Shown in pieces: positions 26,973 through 36,390 of a stretch of DNA of 64,000 nucleotides (within the stretch, counting starts at the first letter, position 1; each line of letters opens with the position of its first letter). The DNA comes from an uncultured archaeon. Lineage in GTDB: Archaea; Thermoproteota; Nitrososphaeria; Nitrososphaerales; Gagatemarchaeaceae. The notes under the pieces are model-generated. The model searched no databases. It saw nothing but the letters and a program-made list of their open reading frames with translations, and was not told where the DNA came from. A program made the translations under genes and the position numbers. The stretch covers positions 320,001 to 384,000 of the forward strand of contig CAWFOU010000001.1 in the NCBI GenBank assembly GCA_963817525.1, written 5' to 3'.

Positions 26973-28157
26973 AAGACGACGGCAGCGCACAAGGTCTACT
27001 TTGCAATCTTCGGCTCGGGACTGGGCCACGCGACCAGGGTCATGGACATCGGCAAGCGCCTCTCGGCAGAGGAGTGCGCCCTGCGCTACTCCTGCTCGGG
27101 CCAAGGCTTCCGATACATCCGGACGCACAGTCCCGCCGCGGACACACTGGAGTGCCCTCCGCTCGACGTGGAATGGACGGAGGAGGGGAGCTTCTCCGGG
27201 AGGGACTTCATGGTGCACTTCCCCGTGATGCTCCGCTCCTTCGCCAAGCAGGTCGCCTTCGAGGCTGAGAGCATAGCAAAGTTCGACCCGGCGGTTGCCG
27301 CCTCCGACTCGAGGCTGTCGGCCGTCCTGGCGGCCAGGTCGAGGTCCTACCCTGTCGTCACCCTCCTGAACCAGTTCAAGGTCACCCTCCCCCCAAGATA
27401 CAGGGGCGACGCGCTGGGGGGCCTCTACGAGAGGATCGCAGGCAACGGCCTCGGGCTCTTGTGGTCGTTGAGCGAGCAGGTGCTGCTCACTGACCTTCCC
27501 CCGCCCTACACGATCGGGGAGGCCAACGTCGCCGGGACGGACCTCTCCAGGATAGTGAAGTACGTCGGTTTCACCTCCCCGGGCCTCGAGATCGACGAGG
27601 ACCGGCTTCTGAAGGCGAGAGAGGTCCTCGACAACGACCCGCGCCCCCTGATATTCTTCCAGATCAGCGGGCCCGACGCGACTAAGAAGAGGTTCATCGA
27701 GATCGTCCTTGGGTCGGTCGGGGGCCTCTCCGCGAGGTACAAGGTGGTCGTCTCAATGGGCTACCTGGGAGGCTCTGGAGAGCCCAGGAGGCTCGCCGGC
27801 GGGGCGCTCCTCTACGACTGGTGCCCCATCAAGGACGAGCTCTTCACCCTCTCTGAGGTGCTGGTGGGGAGGTCCGGCCATCGGACGATAGGTCAGTGCA
27901 TCGACGCGGGGAAGCCGGCCGTCCTCGTCCCCATCCACAACCACTCGGAGCAGATCGGGAACGCCGAGAAGTTCCAGAGCCTAGGGCTGGGGATCGCCAT
28001 CCTCCCGGGAGACCTCGAACCAGGTCGACTCATCGAGGCCATCGACTCGTGCGTCCAAGACCCGAAGTACAAGAGGAACCTAGAGTCGGTCGGGCGCGTC
28101 TCGAAGAGATACAGGGGCGTCGAGAGGTGCGCTGAGATCATCAGGTCGTACGCCTGA
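26973..28157 (+). CDS. GT-B glycosyltransferase (GT28/MJ1255-like); start codon not canonical
   Basis: In-frame KVYFAIFGSGLGHATRVM upstream of the ATG at 27042; GRSGHRTI, PIHNHSEQIGNA. Confidence 0.85.
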   Translation, partial: KTTAAHKVYFAIFGSGLGHATRVMDIGKRLSAEECALRYSCSGQGFRYIRTHSPAADTLECPPLDVEWTEEGSFSGRDFMVHFPVMLRSFAKQVAFEAESIAKFDPAVAASDSRLSAVLAARSRSYPVVTLLNQFKVTLPPRYRGDALGGLYERIAGNGLGLLWSLSEQVLLTDLPPPYTIGEANVAGTDLSRIVKYVGFTSPGLEIDEDRLLKAREVLDNDPRPLIFFQISGPDATKKRFIEIVLGSVGGLSARYKVVVSMGYLGGSGEPRRLAGGALLYDWCPIKDELFTLSEVLVGRSGHRTIGQCIDAGKPAVLVPIHNHSEQIGNAEKFQSLGLGIAILPGDLEPGRLIEAIDSCVQDPKYKRNLESVGRVSKRYRGVERCAEIIRSYA

Positions 28158-28169
28158 CCGCAGACCGCC

Positions 28170-28862
28170 TCACCCCTCGCCAGAGATGAAGCGCTCGAAC
28201 TCGCTCAGCGACGCGGGCGTCCCGATCTCGAAGAAACGTTCCCCCACGGAAAAGGCGAGGAGCTCCTCGCGCCTTATCAGCTCCCCGTAGAACGCCTCCT
28301 CGCCGAACTCCTTCCCCGTCGGGATCAACCCAAGGGCGCGCCTCGTCAGGGCCGACACTCCGAAGTTCACCCACTCCATGCCGTTCCCTCCGCCCTTGTC
28401 GTACCTGACTACCTGGCCGCCGCTCACGACGACGTCGCTCCTTCCGTGCCTCCCGTGGTTCTCGTACACGGCCATCACCCCCATCTTGCCCGACTCCACG
28501 AGCGCGTTCATCATCCCTCTATAGTCCATCCGCAGATAGGCGTCGCCGTACGTGACGAAGAAGCGCTCCGAGAGGAGGGGCTCGGCTCGCTTGAGCGCCC
28601 CGGCCGGCCCGAGAAGCTTCGGCCCGTCATAGCTATACCTCACCCTTACCCCCCACCCGCCGCCGTCCCCAAAGTGGGCCTCCACCTTCTCGCCCAAGTA
28701 CCCCACGCAGAGCACAAAGTCCTCAATCCCGCTCCGCCTCAGCAGGCCTATCTCATGCTCCAGGAAGGGCTTCCCTCCCACCAAGACCATCGGCTTGGGC
28801 ACCTGTTTGGTGAGGCTGCCCAGCCTCGTGCCAAGTCCCCCCACGAGTATCGCAGCCTGCAA
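28170..28862 (-). CDS. hddC: Sugar-phosphate nucleotidyltransferase, HddC-like
   Basis: LVGGLGTRL..PKPMV, LLGPAGAL, YGDAY, EIGTP; adjacent to an HddA-like kinase. Confidence 0.75.
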   Translation of the reverse strand: MQAAILVGGLGTRLGSLTKQVPKPMVLVGGKPFLEHEIGLLRRSGIEDFVLCVGYLGEKVEAHFGDGGGWGVRVRYSYDGPKLLGPAGALKRAEPLLSERFFVTYGDAYLRMDYRGMMNALVESGKMGVMAVYENHGRHGRSDVVVSGGQVVRYDKGGGNGMEWVNFGVSALTRRALGLIPTGKEFGEEAFYGELIRREELLAFSVGERFFEIGTPASLSEFERFISGEG

Positions 28863-28878
28863 GCGCGAGCCCTCCGTC

Positions 28879-29862
28879 TCAGACGTTGTAGATTACCTTG
28901 CTGCCTTCGAAGTCGAACCTGAACCTCATCTCCGTCAGTCCTTGTCGCGCGAGCGCCGCCCTGACCTTCTCCCTTCCCTCCTGGCAGAAGAGCATGAGGA
29001 AGCCCCCGCCTCCCGCCCCGACGAGCTTCCCACCGAGCGCCCCCGCCTTCCTCGCGGCAGAGTACCACGAGTCCACCTTGCCTGTGCTCATCCCCTCCGT
29101 GATCCCGCGCTTCACCGTCCAGTGCTCGTGGAGCAGCTCGCCGAACCTCCCGAGGTCTCCGGACTCGAGGGCCTTCTTGCTCTCCTGGCCTATCGCCTTT
29201 ATCGCATGCATCTTCTTGACCGCCTCCCCCGCGCTCTCCGAGACCTTCGCCTGCTGCCTTCCCAGGATTTCCGATGCGCTCCGCGTGATCCCCGTGTAGA
29301 ACATCATTATCCCGTACTCGAGTTCGGAGAGCGTGCTCTCTGAGATCTCGAGCTTCGTGGATGTGACTCGCCCACGGGCGTCTATCTCGTACGACCTTAT
29401 CCCTCCCAGGCTGGCGGTGTACTCGTCCTGCTTCCCCGAAGGCTCCCCCAGCCTGTTCATCGCGATGTCGCACGCCGCCTCGGCGACCTCCTCGGGGGTC
29501 TTGACTGTCCTCTCCCGCGCGTAGAGGGCGTTGAGCAGCCCGACGGTGAAGCTCCCCGACGACCCGAGGCCTGTCGAGGCGGGGACGTCTGCGAGGGAGA
29601 CTATCTCTAGCTTGTCCCTCATGCCCAGGAGCTTGAGCGACTCCCGCACGGAGGGATGGCGTATCTGCTCGACGGACTCGACGATCTCCGTCTTGCTATA
29701 GCTCAGCCTTATCCCGGGCTCGAACCTGTCGTTCAGGACGATGTGCATGTACTTGTCGACCGCCCCCGAGATGAAGAATCCGCCGTGCTGCTTGTAGTAC
29801 GCGGGCAGGTCCGTCCCGCCACCCCCGAGCGACAGTCTGAAAGGGGTCCTTGAGACGATCAA
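28879..29862 (-). CDS. hddA: GHMP kinase, D-glycero-alpha-D-manno-heptose-7-phosphate kinase-like
   Basis: RTPFRLSLGGGGTD, PASTGLGSSG, GKQDEY, GGKLVGAGGGGF. Confidence 0.85.
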   Translation of the reverse strand: MIVSRTPFRLSLGGGGTDLPAYYKQHGGFFISGAVDKYMHIVLNDRFEPGIRLSYSKTEIVESVEQIRHPSVRESLKLLGMRDKLEIVSLADVPASTGLGSSGSFTVGLLNALYARERTVKTPEEVAEAACDIAMNRLGEPSGKQDEYTASLGGIRSYEIDARGRVTSTKLEISESTLSELEYGIMMFYTGITRSASEILGRQQAKVSESAGEAVKKMHAIKAIGQESKKALESGDLGRFGELLHEHWTVKRGITEGMSTGKVDSWYSAARKAGALGGKLVGAGGGGFLMLFCQEGREKVRAALARQGLTEMRFRFDFEGSKVIYNV

Positions 29863-30115
29863 AGAAGGATGAGGCCGCTCCAATCCATCACGTTGTCGTG
29901 TTCTTCGACCGACTCAACCGATTCCATGTGTGATGTATAGAAAAATCAGTATTTACGGGCTTTTCTGTACGTAGAATCAGTAACCGAATGGCTCTTGTGG
30001 GTCATAGGGAGCTATCTCGTTTGGTCTCTCATGCTACATTGTCGGCGCAAGGCCGATTGTCTGTTCTACGAATTAGCATTATAACCCACAAGTAGGAGAT
30101 GTCCTCACTGAAGCA

Positions 30116-30709
30116 ATGTCACACCCGCCGAGCCCAATGATCTTTGTGGCGGCCTTCTCAACCGTCTCTATCCTCACACTGTTCTTCGTTCTCTCCCCTT
30201 ACGTCTTCCCCTATCATGACGCCGGAGCGCTCGTATTGAGCTCCTCCGCAGGCCCAGTAAACGTGGGGGAGAACCAGACGGTTACCGTGACGGTCACGGA
30301 ACGGAACACGCTCTGGTATCCAGACGTCCTCCCCTTCACTAACGCGCTAACATCGCAGAACCTCTCGTCGACGCCATGCGGAGGGCTCTTCCCATTCGGC
30401 ATCGCTGTCTTCGAGGGTCACGACACCCAGGCCAACCTCTCGTCGGTCAAAGCCGTCGAGGTCTTCGACGTGTTCTCCGTCTACTTCTGCCCCGCCTCGG
30501 CGGGGCCGCACCCTTTCACCTTCCAGCCCCAGCAGACGGTGACCAGACAGACCAGCTTCGATGGGTACTGGACGTCCGGTGAGACTCCGCATCCGGGCGG
30601 CGGCGTTTCGGAGGGCGTGCTTCACCCGTTCGAGCCGGGAGCGTATACCTTCCTTGTCGGCGACGAATGGGGCCACACGCAGCTGCTGTACTTTCAGGTA
30701 ACGTCCTAG
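30116..30709 (+). CDS. Anchored surface protein, 'PGAYT..DEWG' family copy 1
   Basis: N-terminal hydrophobic helix; GYWT...PFEPGAYTFLVGDEWGHTQLLYFQV. Confidence 0.8.
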   Translation: MSHPPSPMIFVAAFSTVSILTLFFVLSPYVFPYHDAGALVLSSSAGPVNVGENQTVTVTVTERNTLWYPDVLPFTNALTSQNLSSTPCGGLFPFGIAVFEGHDTQANLSSVKAVEVFDVFSVYFCPASAGPHPFTFQPQQTVTRQTSFDGYWTSGETPHPGGGVSEGVLHPFEPGAYTFLVGDEWGHTQLLYFQVTS

Positions 30710-31067
30710 CAGCCCGCTCAGGCCTCTTAGGCGCCCATCCTGAAGTGATGTCTCTTTGGACGCGTCATGAAGCAAAAGGCCCACCACGAAGCCGAAGAGC
30801 GTCATCAGGAAGTACTCCTCGTCCGGATGGAGGACGTATACTCTTTTTAGAACTTCCTGAGCGACGAGGGGAGGACGCTCTTCACGACCAAATCGAAGGG
30901 GGTTGCTCCCTGGCTGGGTTCTCGGGTGAAGGCAATGAACCCCTTCGAAATCTTCCAAGTTCTTGAAGATGCCCCCGGCGAATCTTGCAAAAAATTCGAT
31001 GTAGAAGGACTTCAAAACTCTAGAACTAAATAGAATCGGAGCTCTCTGGCCCTACCAGGCGACGAAG

Positions 31068-32101
31068 TTGTCTGAATATCGCGGTAGAATCGCAATAGGC
31101 GTGATAGTTGTCGTAGTCATTTCTGTAGGGTTCGCGGTCGAGTTGAACAACTTCCTGCCTGCCAATTCCGTCACGACGACGGGTTCTTCCAACTCGTCCT
31201 CACAGAGCGGGTCCACTTCAACGGTCACGGGAACCCTAGGAACCACGCCCGGCAACTGCCCCTCAGCTACCAATCAGACTTCAGAAGGATACCGGCTTGC
31301 CCTATATGCGCCCTCCACCGTCACCGCGGGGCAAACCGTGTGCATCAACACCAGTTTCATGAATATCTCCAACCAATCCGACCTGGCTCCAAAGAGCGAA
31401 TATGTGGTGGTGAGGAACTCGCCCTCGGGTGCACCTAGCTACATATTCCTCCAGACAACCTGCTTCTACTCGGGAGGGACCAGCAGCTTTGGCCCCGACA
31501 GTCTTGGCTGGAATTGCAGCGTGAGCTGGAACACAGCGAAGTCTTACGACGGTCTTGTCGCCACGAATGGCCTGTACACTGTCTGGGCGGTTGTGACCTA
31601 CTCGTGGGAGGCGACCCCAATCTTTGCAGTTGGCGACATAAACGTTAGGTCGACTGGCAATGAGTCGACGACCTCGACTTCGCAAACGGCGACCCAGCCT
31701 GTCAACGGGAGCAGCGGTGTCCCCACCTGCACGTTCCTAAACGGCCAGACTCACGTGCTGTTCCCGCCGCTTCAGCAGAGCGGCCCGATCTACCTCAAGG
31801 TGATCACATCGCAGGGGACTCTGACGAATGGGACGGTTTTCGCCGCACACCAGGCGTCGGCCTCTGACTCGCAGGGCTCCGCTGACTATTGCATCTCCCT
31901 GTCTGCGGATACCAACTCCACAGGATTCATGCAAATATCTGACACCGGAGCCGTCGAAACCAACGGGCTTCCTCTCGGCGGCGCGTACAACTTCACCGTG
32001 AGAGCTGGATATCAGGGCGAGACGTTCCAGGTTGCGGTGCCACAGATTGTGGTCCAACCCAATGCCATCACCTATATCACAATATCAATAGCCTCCGGCG
32101 A
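31068..32101 (+). pseudogene. Anchored surface protein interrupted near its 3' end by the IS6-family element (remainder at 34435-34527)
   Basis: Removing 32102-34442 restores ...ISIASGEVVELTVACEPGNACSSATATISGSGVG*; now terminates inside the TIR at 32117. Confidence 0.85.
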
Positions 32102-32179
32102 GGCTCTGGTAAGTTGATTGGACATTAGGCTTTCGACTTCTCCCTGTTAAGGCTCTGGACATGGCTCGCCTCGCAGAGC

Positions 32180-32467
32180 ATGTTTATTTTGGAGGGTGCA
32201 GATTCCGCCATCATGGAGCGGAGTCTGATATATCGCTCTGGATGGGCGATGGTCGTGGTAGGGTTGCTGCTCATTGTTGCAATCCCATACGAGAGTTTGA
32301 TTCCAGCCCCTAACGGCTCTGCCCGTAGCCCCCCTAACTTTGCGTTAGCATGGGTTGGGTTGGCAATTGTCGGGGTCGGCTTTCTGCTAACTCGCCTCAC
32401 AAAGTCAAAGCAGGAGGTCATTCCGTCTTCTCCTGAACCTTCTCAAGATGGCTCGCGTTCTGGATGA
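32180..32467 (+). CDS. Small two-TM passenger protein
   Basis: Two hydrophobic helices; converges on the transposase 3' end. Confidence 0.55.
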   Translation: MFILEGADSAIMERSLIYRSGWAMVVVGLLLIVAIPYESLIPAPNGSARSPPNFALAWVGLAIVGVGFLLTRLTKSKQEVIPSSPEPSQDGSRSG

Positions 32468-33571
32468 TTGTCAGCCATTTGTTGCGGCCCTCGACTGTTA
32501 TCCCGCAAGCCTCGGCGGGAGTCTTCCCATCAAGGCCCTCGTGCGGCCTAACGAAATTGTGGTAAATCTGGTAGCCCTTCAAGGCCGCCGAGTCTGTGGT
32601 CTTTAGGCCTCGCATGGTCTTCTCTCTGTCGCGTATCTCCCCATTCATGCGTTCCATCTTGTTGTTGTTCATGTCGCCCGCCATCCGGATGTGCTTGATG
32701 TGGATAGGGCTCTCTACCTCTCCGTAGGGGTGGGAGAACTCCTTCCGGTAGGCGTCGTGGAAGTTGTTGGCCCCGTCGCTGATGAAGGTCTTCGGAACCT
32801 TGCCCGTCCTCTGAATCGCGTCCTTGAACATGGGCCTTACATCGCTCGTCCCCTTGTTGTCGGCTACCTGTTGCGCTATCCAGAAGCGGCTCTCGTCGTC
32901 CATCATGGCGAAGAGATAATTCATGTTACCCTTCACTTTGAGATAGAGTTCGTCCGTCCTCCATGTGTCGGAGACGTTCGGGGTAATCTGGCTCAGATAC
33001 TTCTCCATCAGGCCGACATATTTCCTCATCCAGTTGAGGACGGTAACATGCGACACGTTCACGCCTTGCAGCCTCAGAAACTTCTGGACGTTGCGAAGGC
33101 TCTCTCCGGTGAAGTAGAGTTGCATCGCGGAGGTTATGGATTGGGGAGTCGCCCTCATCCCCTCGAACCCGAGATTGAGGGTGAACCGCTTGCCGCATTG
33201 CTTGCATGAGTATCGCTGGATGTCTCCGCTCTTGTTGTGGAGAAGGCCGTGCTTCACGACCCGCTCAGAGCCGCACGACAGGCAAGCCTGAAAGTCGAGC
33301 GGCACGATTCTCTTGGCGTTCTCTATTCGCCGCCGAATCTCAAGCGAGAGTTCGACGCCGAAGATGTGCTTGCACTTCTGCTCTCGGAAAACGAAGTCGG
33401 GGCAGGAGCAATTCCACCCCGATTCGGTGTGGAGAGGACGACATACTCTCCCGAGCCTGATTGGCTCTTGACGCGATACTCGTTAGCGTCAAGCCTTCTG
33501 ACGTTGCTCTCAGTCTGGGCTATTGTCTGGCCTCTCATCCTTCTAACCTCGGCTTCTTGTTGGGTCGCCAT
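32418..33571 (-). pseudogene. IS6-family DDE transposase with N-terminal SWIM finger and Zn ribbon, frameshifted
   Basis: WRTDE, FISDG, NNKMERMN, YHNFVRPH; CLSC..CKQC ribbon; in-frame upstream WNCSCPDF...KCKHI; 2-nt duplication at 33427-30 separates the ATG at 33571. Confidence 0.88.
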
Positions 33572-33576
33572 GTGCG

Positions 33577-33644
33577 TATCGACATCAATGGGTGTATATC
33601 GTATCTCTTATAAAGGTGTCTATACACACCTATTGCTGTCGATA
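33577..33644. promoter_or_regulatory. Symmetric divergent promoter/operator between transposase and RHH-like gene
   Basis: TATCGACATCAATGGGTGTATA (33577-98) is an imperfect inverted repeat of TATACACACCTATTGCTGTCGATA (33621-44), centred on CTTATAAAG. Confidence 0.7.
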
Positions 33645-33647
33645 AAG

Positions 33648-33782
33648 ATGATGAAACGCTACAACGTAGCCATGACCGAAGAGATGGAGGCCGCTCTTGA
33701 GAAGGAGCGGAGGAAACGCCTACTGGACTCGATACCAGAAACGATAAGGACGATTCTGAGTGAGCATTTAGCAAAGTCCTAA
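33648..33782 (+). CDS. Small ribbon-helix-helix-like regulator
   Basis: MMKRYNVAMTEEMEAALEKERRKRLLDSIPETIRTILSEHL: strand-helix-helix pattern. Confidence 0.7.
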   Translation: MMKRYNVAMTEEMEAALEKERRKRLLDSIPETIRTILSEHLAKS

Positions 33783-33784
33783 AA

Positions 33785-34237
33785 TTGAAGTTCACGCCCC
33801 TATACCTCTTCGGAAAGGCTCGTCTGCCTGCCGCAATAACGGCGATGTGGATTGCACTTTTCTTCATTGGAAGCGTCCTGTCAATTACCGTCTGGGCAGA
33901 GTTCGTCGCTTTCATCGTTGGATTCGTTGTTGCAGACCTCGTGTATGATTGGGTCATGAAGAAACGCGACCCTCGGACGCAGACCGATATGTTCCTGAAC
34001 TACTTTGTTGCTGTGATAGGCGGGTCGCTGATTGCCGAATACGCATCTTACAACTCCATCTCGACCCTGAATTTCTTTTACTCACTCGTCCCTACTCTCC
34101 CTCTCTGGGCTCGCAATGACTTTGTGGTTGCAATTGGGACGACTCTGGAGGTGATTCTTGGGTTTGGAGCGAGTTGGAGGCTTCTTGCAATCGATAGAAA
34201 GCTACGAAAGCGGCCCCCGAAACTGCTGCGGCAGTGA
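33785..34237 (+). CDS. Multi-TM passenger membrane protein
   Basis: Four hydrophobic segments, low GC, directly after the RHH-like gene. Confidence 0.7.
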   Translation: MKFTPLYLFGKARLPAAITAMWIALFFIGSVLSITVWAEFVAFIVGFVVADLVYDWVMKKRDPRTQTDMFLNYFVAVIGGSLIAEYASYNSISTLNFFYSLVPTLPLWARNDFVVAIGTTLEVILGFGASWRLLAIDRKLRKRPPKLLRQ

Positions 34238-34583
34238 TGTATAGCGTATCGCTGGACGACGCCCCGAGGTAGTTGCCGAGCAAAATTCCGGCTATCAGTC
34301 CGACACACCAACCCAGAAGTATTCCTATGAATGGCCCTGCCTGATTGAGCGGGTCATCCTCCCAATTGGGGCCATGTCCAGCCACTTAACAGGCCTCCTC
34401 CGTCTGGCCTGTGGCCAGACAACTTACCAGAGCCTCCGGCGAGGTGGTAGAGCTCACCGTAGCTTGCGAACCGGGAAACGCCTGCTCATCCGCAACAGCT
34501 ACCATCAGCGGCTCGGGCGTGGGCTGAAGATTCTACCAAAAGTGGATGTAGTGGGAAGGGCGTCAATCTCAGAGTGGAGAGCC

Positions 34584-35072
34584 GTGTCGACCAAGCCGTC
34601 CTCTCCAGACAAGCCGAATGACCAGAAGGGGCTCAAGCCTAAGCCAGAGTTCCCATCTCGAGACGCTCTGAGCGGGACGACACGCCGCGTCTTTCGCTAC
34701 ATCTACAGGAAGGGGCCCGTGAGGCTCCACGAGATCCAGCGCGATCTCGGGCTCTCTTCGCCGTCCCTCGCGGATTACCACGTGCAGAAGCTCCTCGAAA
34801 TGAAGATGATCCGTCGGGAAAACGAGGGCGACCTGCCTGGATTCGTAGCGGAGGAGGCGGTCTTCGAGGCGATGGTGAGGATACGACGGACGGTCATTCC
34901 CCTGCGGGCGACCTCTTCGGCGTTCTTCGCTTTGGCCCTGGTTCTGCTCTTGACGATACTCAGGCCAGGATACATCGGGTCGACATATGTGTTCTCGCTC
35001 TTGGTGGTGGCAGTCGCTCTCTTGATTTCGATATACGAGACGGTCAAAGGTCTGAGTAGCCAGGGCATCTGA
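34584..35072 (+). CDS. Winged-helix regulator with two C-terminal TM helices
   Basis: GTTRRVFRYI...EIQRDLGLSSPSLADYHVQKL followed by two hydrophobic helices. Confidence 0.85.
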   Translation: MSTKPSSPDKPNDQKGLKPKPEFPSRDALSGTTRRVFRYIYRKGPVRLHEIQRDLGLSSPSLADYHVQKLLEMKMIRRENEGDLPGFVAEEAVFEAMVRIRRTVIPLRATSSAFFALALVLLLTILRPGYIGSTYVFSLLVVAVALLISIYETVKGLSSQGI

Positions 35073-35097
35073 GACCGAGACATGAGTGAACCACTTG

Positions 35098-35143
35098 GGC
35101 GCGATGAACCCGTATGCACGGCAACTTAATCGCTTTCTCACAT
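35098..35143 (+). repeat. Intergenic repeat, copy B
   Basis: GGCGCGATGAACCCGTATGCACGGCAA...AATCGCTTTCTCAC, similar to copies at 36350 and 37842. Confidence 0.55.
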
Positions 35144-35200
35144 CGATGTTTGTTCTATCAGGTTCAATAGCCACCACTACATTCGAACCCTGAGGAAGCT

Positions 35201-36343
35201 ATGAGGAAGGAGGCAACAGCGGCGGTCATCGCGATTCTGGTCGTGGCGAGCCTTGGCATCGGCTATCTGGCCGAGAACCCAAGCCGGCAGACTCCCACCT
35301 CAACGTCGACTTCCCAGCAAACGACGGCCTCGACCTCCATCGAAGAGAGCTCCACGGCCTCCAGCGCCGCCATCTCGACCGTGTCTTCATCGGGGCTCGA
35401 ACTCGGGCTCGACCTCAACGCGACGGCGATGGAACCTGGGCAGACCCTCGGGGCGAACGTAACCCTCTTCAACACGTTCGACGAAAACCTCTCGCTTCCC
35501 CTCAGCGCCCCGGCGAACCTCAAAAGCCAAATCGCGGCCTGGAACGATGACGACTTTGAGTGCGGCAAGGGAGGCCCCGGCCTCGCTTCCTACGTGGCCG
35601 GCTTCGCGCTCTTCAAGGGCGATGTCTCTGCCGACAACCTCTCCTTAGCGCCCGCCCCCCTTCAGTTGGCTGAGGCGGTCCCGTTGTGCGACGTCTCCCT
35701 GCTCCTCACCGAGAACGAATCGATCGTGTTCCTGCCCCACAGCGAGAATGCTTTCATACCCGGAGCCGATCCCTTCGTGACCCCGACCACGCTCAACGTG
35801 ACGACGTCGTGTTACCAGGGGTGCTCCCGCGGCTCGGGGCTCTTCGGCTACTGGAACAGAACCAGCTACACATGCTGCGACCTGAGCGCGAACGCTCCGG
35901 ACCTCTTCCGCTACCTCACTCCCGGCGCGTACACCATCGCGGCCGAGGACCTCTGGGGCCAGACGGTCTTCGCGTATTTCGAGGTAACTGAAGCCCCCGG
36001 CCCGTCACTGGCCGTCTTGGCCCAAGAGTCTCCCTTCAGCAGCGAGGCACACCCCATCATCGGCATCACCTTGGCCGACTTCGCCGACGCGCCGATCACG
36101 TCCCTGAATGCGACCCTTCGATTCGTCGCCCCTTCGAACTCGACCGCGGGTCAGTTCACCTTCGGCGCGAACTCTTCCAACCCCTTGCTGCCCGGTCAGT
36201 ACGTTCAAGACGTCAGGACGTTTCAGGGCAACCTATTCGACATCGGCGTGAGCTACCCTCTGACGATATCTGGGACACTTGCGAACGGCACAGAGTTCGC
36301 TTACACCCAGCAAATCCAGTTCGTGAACTCGGCCCCTTCTTAG
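35201..36343 (+). CDS. Anchored surface protein, 'PGAYT..DEWG' family copy 2 with extra C-terminal domain
   Basis: Signal anchor, S/T linker, GYWN...LTPGAYTIAAEDLWGQTVFAYFEV. Confidence 0.82.
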   Translation: MRKEATAAVIAILVVASLGIGYLAENPSRQTPTSTSTSQQTTASTSIEESSTASSAAISTVSSSGLELGLDLNATAMEPGQTLGANVTLFNTFDENLSLPLSAPANLKSQIAAWNDDDFECGKGGPGLASYVAGFALFKGDVSADNLSLAPAPLQLAEAVPLCDVSLLLTENESIVFLPHSENAFIPGADPFVTPTTLNVTTSCYQGCSRGSGLFGYWNRTSYTCCDLSANAPDLFRYLTPGAYTIAAEDLWGQTVFAYFEVTEAPGPSLAVLAQESPFSSEAHPIIGITLADFADAPITSLNATLRFVAPSNSTAGQFTFGANSSNPLLPGQYVQDVRTFQGNLFDIGVSYPLTISGTLANGTEFAYTQQIQFVNSAPS

Positions 36344-36349
36344 TAGCAA

Positions 36350-36380
36350 CCGGCGGAGGCGCAATGAACCCTCTACACGG
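36350..36380 (+). repeat. Intergenic repeat, copy C
   Basis: CCGGCGGAGGCGCAATGAACCC, 21/22 identical to inverted copy D. Confidence 0.7.
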
Positions 36381-36390
36381 GTAGCCTATG

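Larger units (their letters stand above)
32102..34434 (-). mobile_element. IS6-family element (2333 bp) with passenger genes
   Basis: Perfect 15-bp TIRs GGCTCTGGTAAGTTG (32102-16, 34420-34); 8-bp TSD TCCGGCGA (32094-101, 34435-42); DDE transposase inside. Confidence 0.93.

Noticed and set aside
29859-29927. 22-aa minus-strand uORF starting MESVE, like the tnpB stub, abutting hddA
   Set aside because: Similarity is only ~14 nt, with no TIR or scaffold; probably chance.
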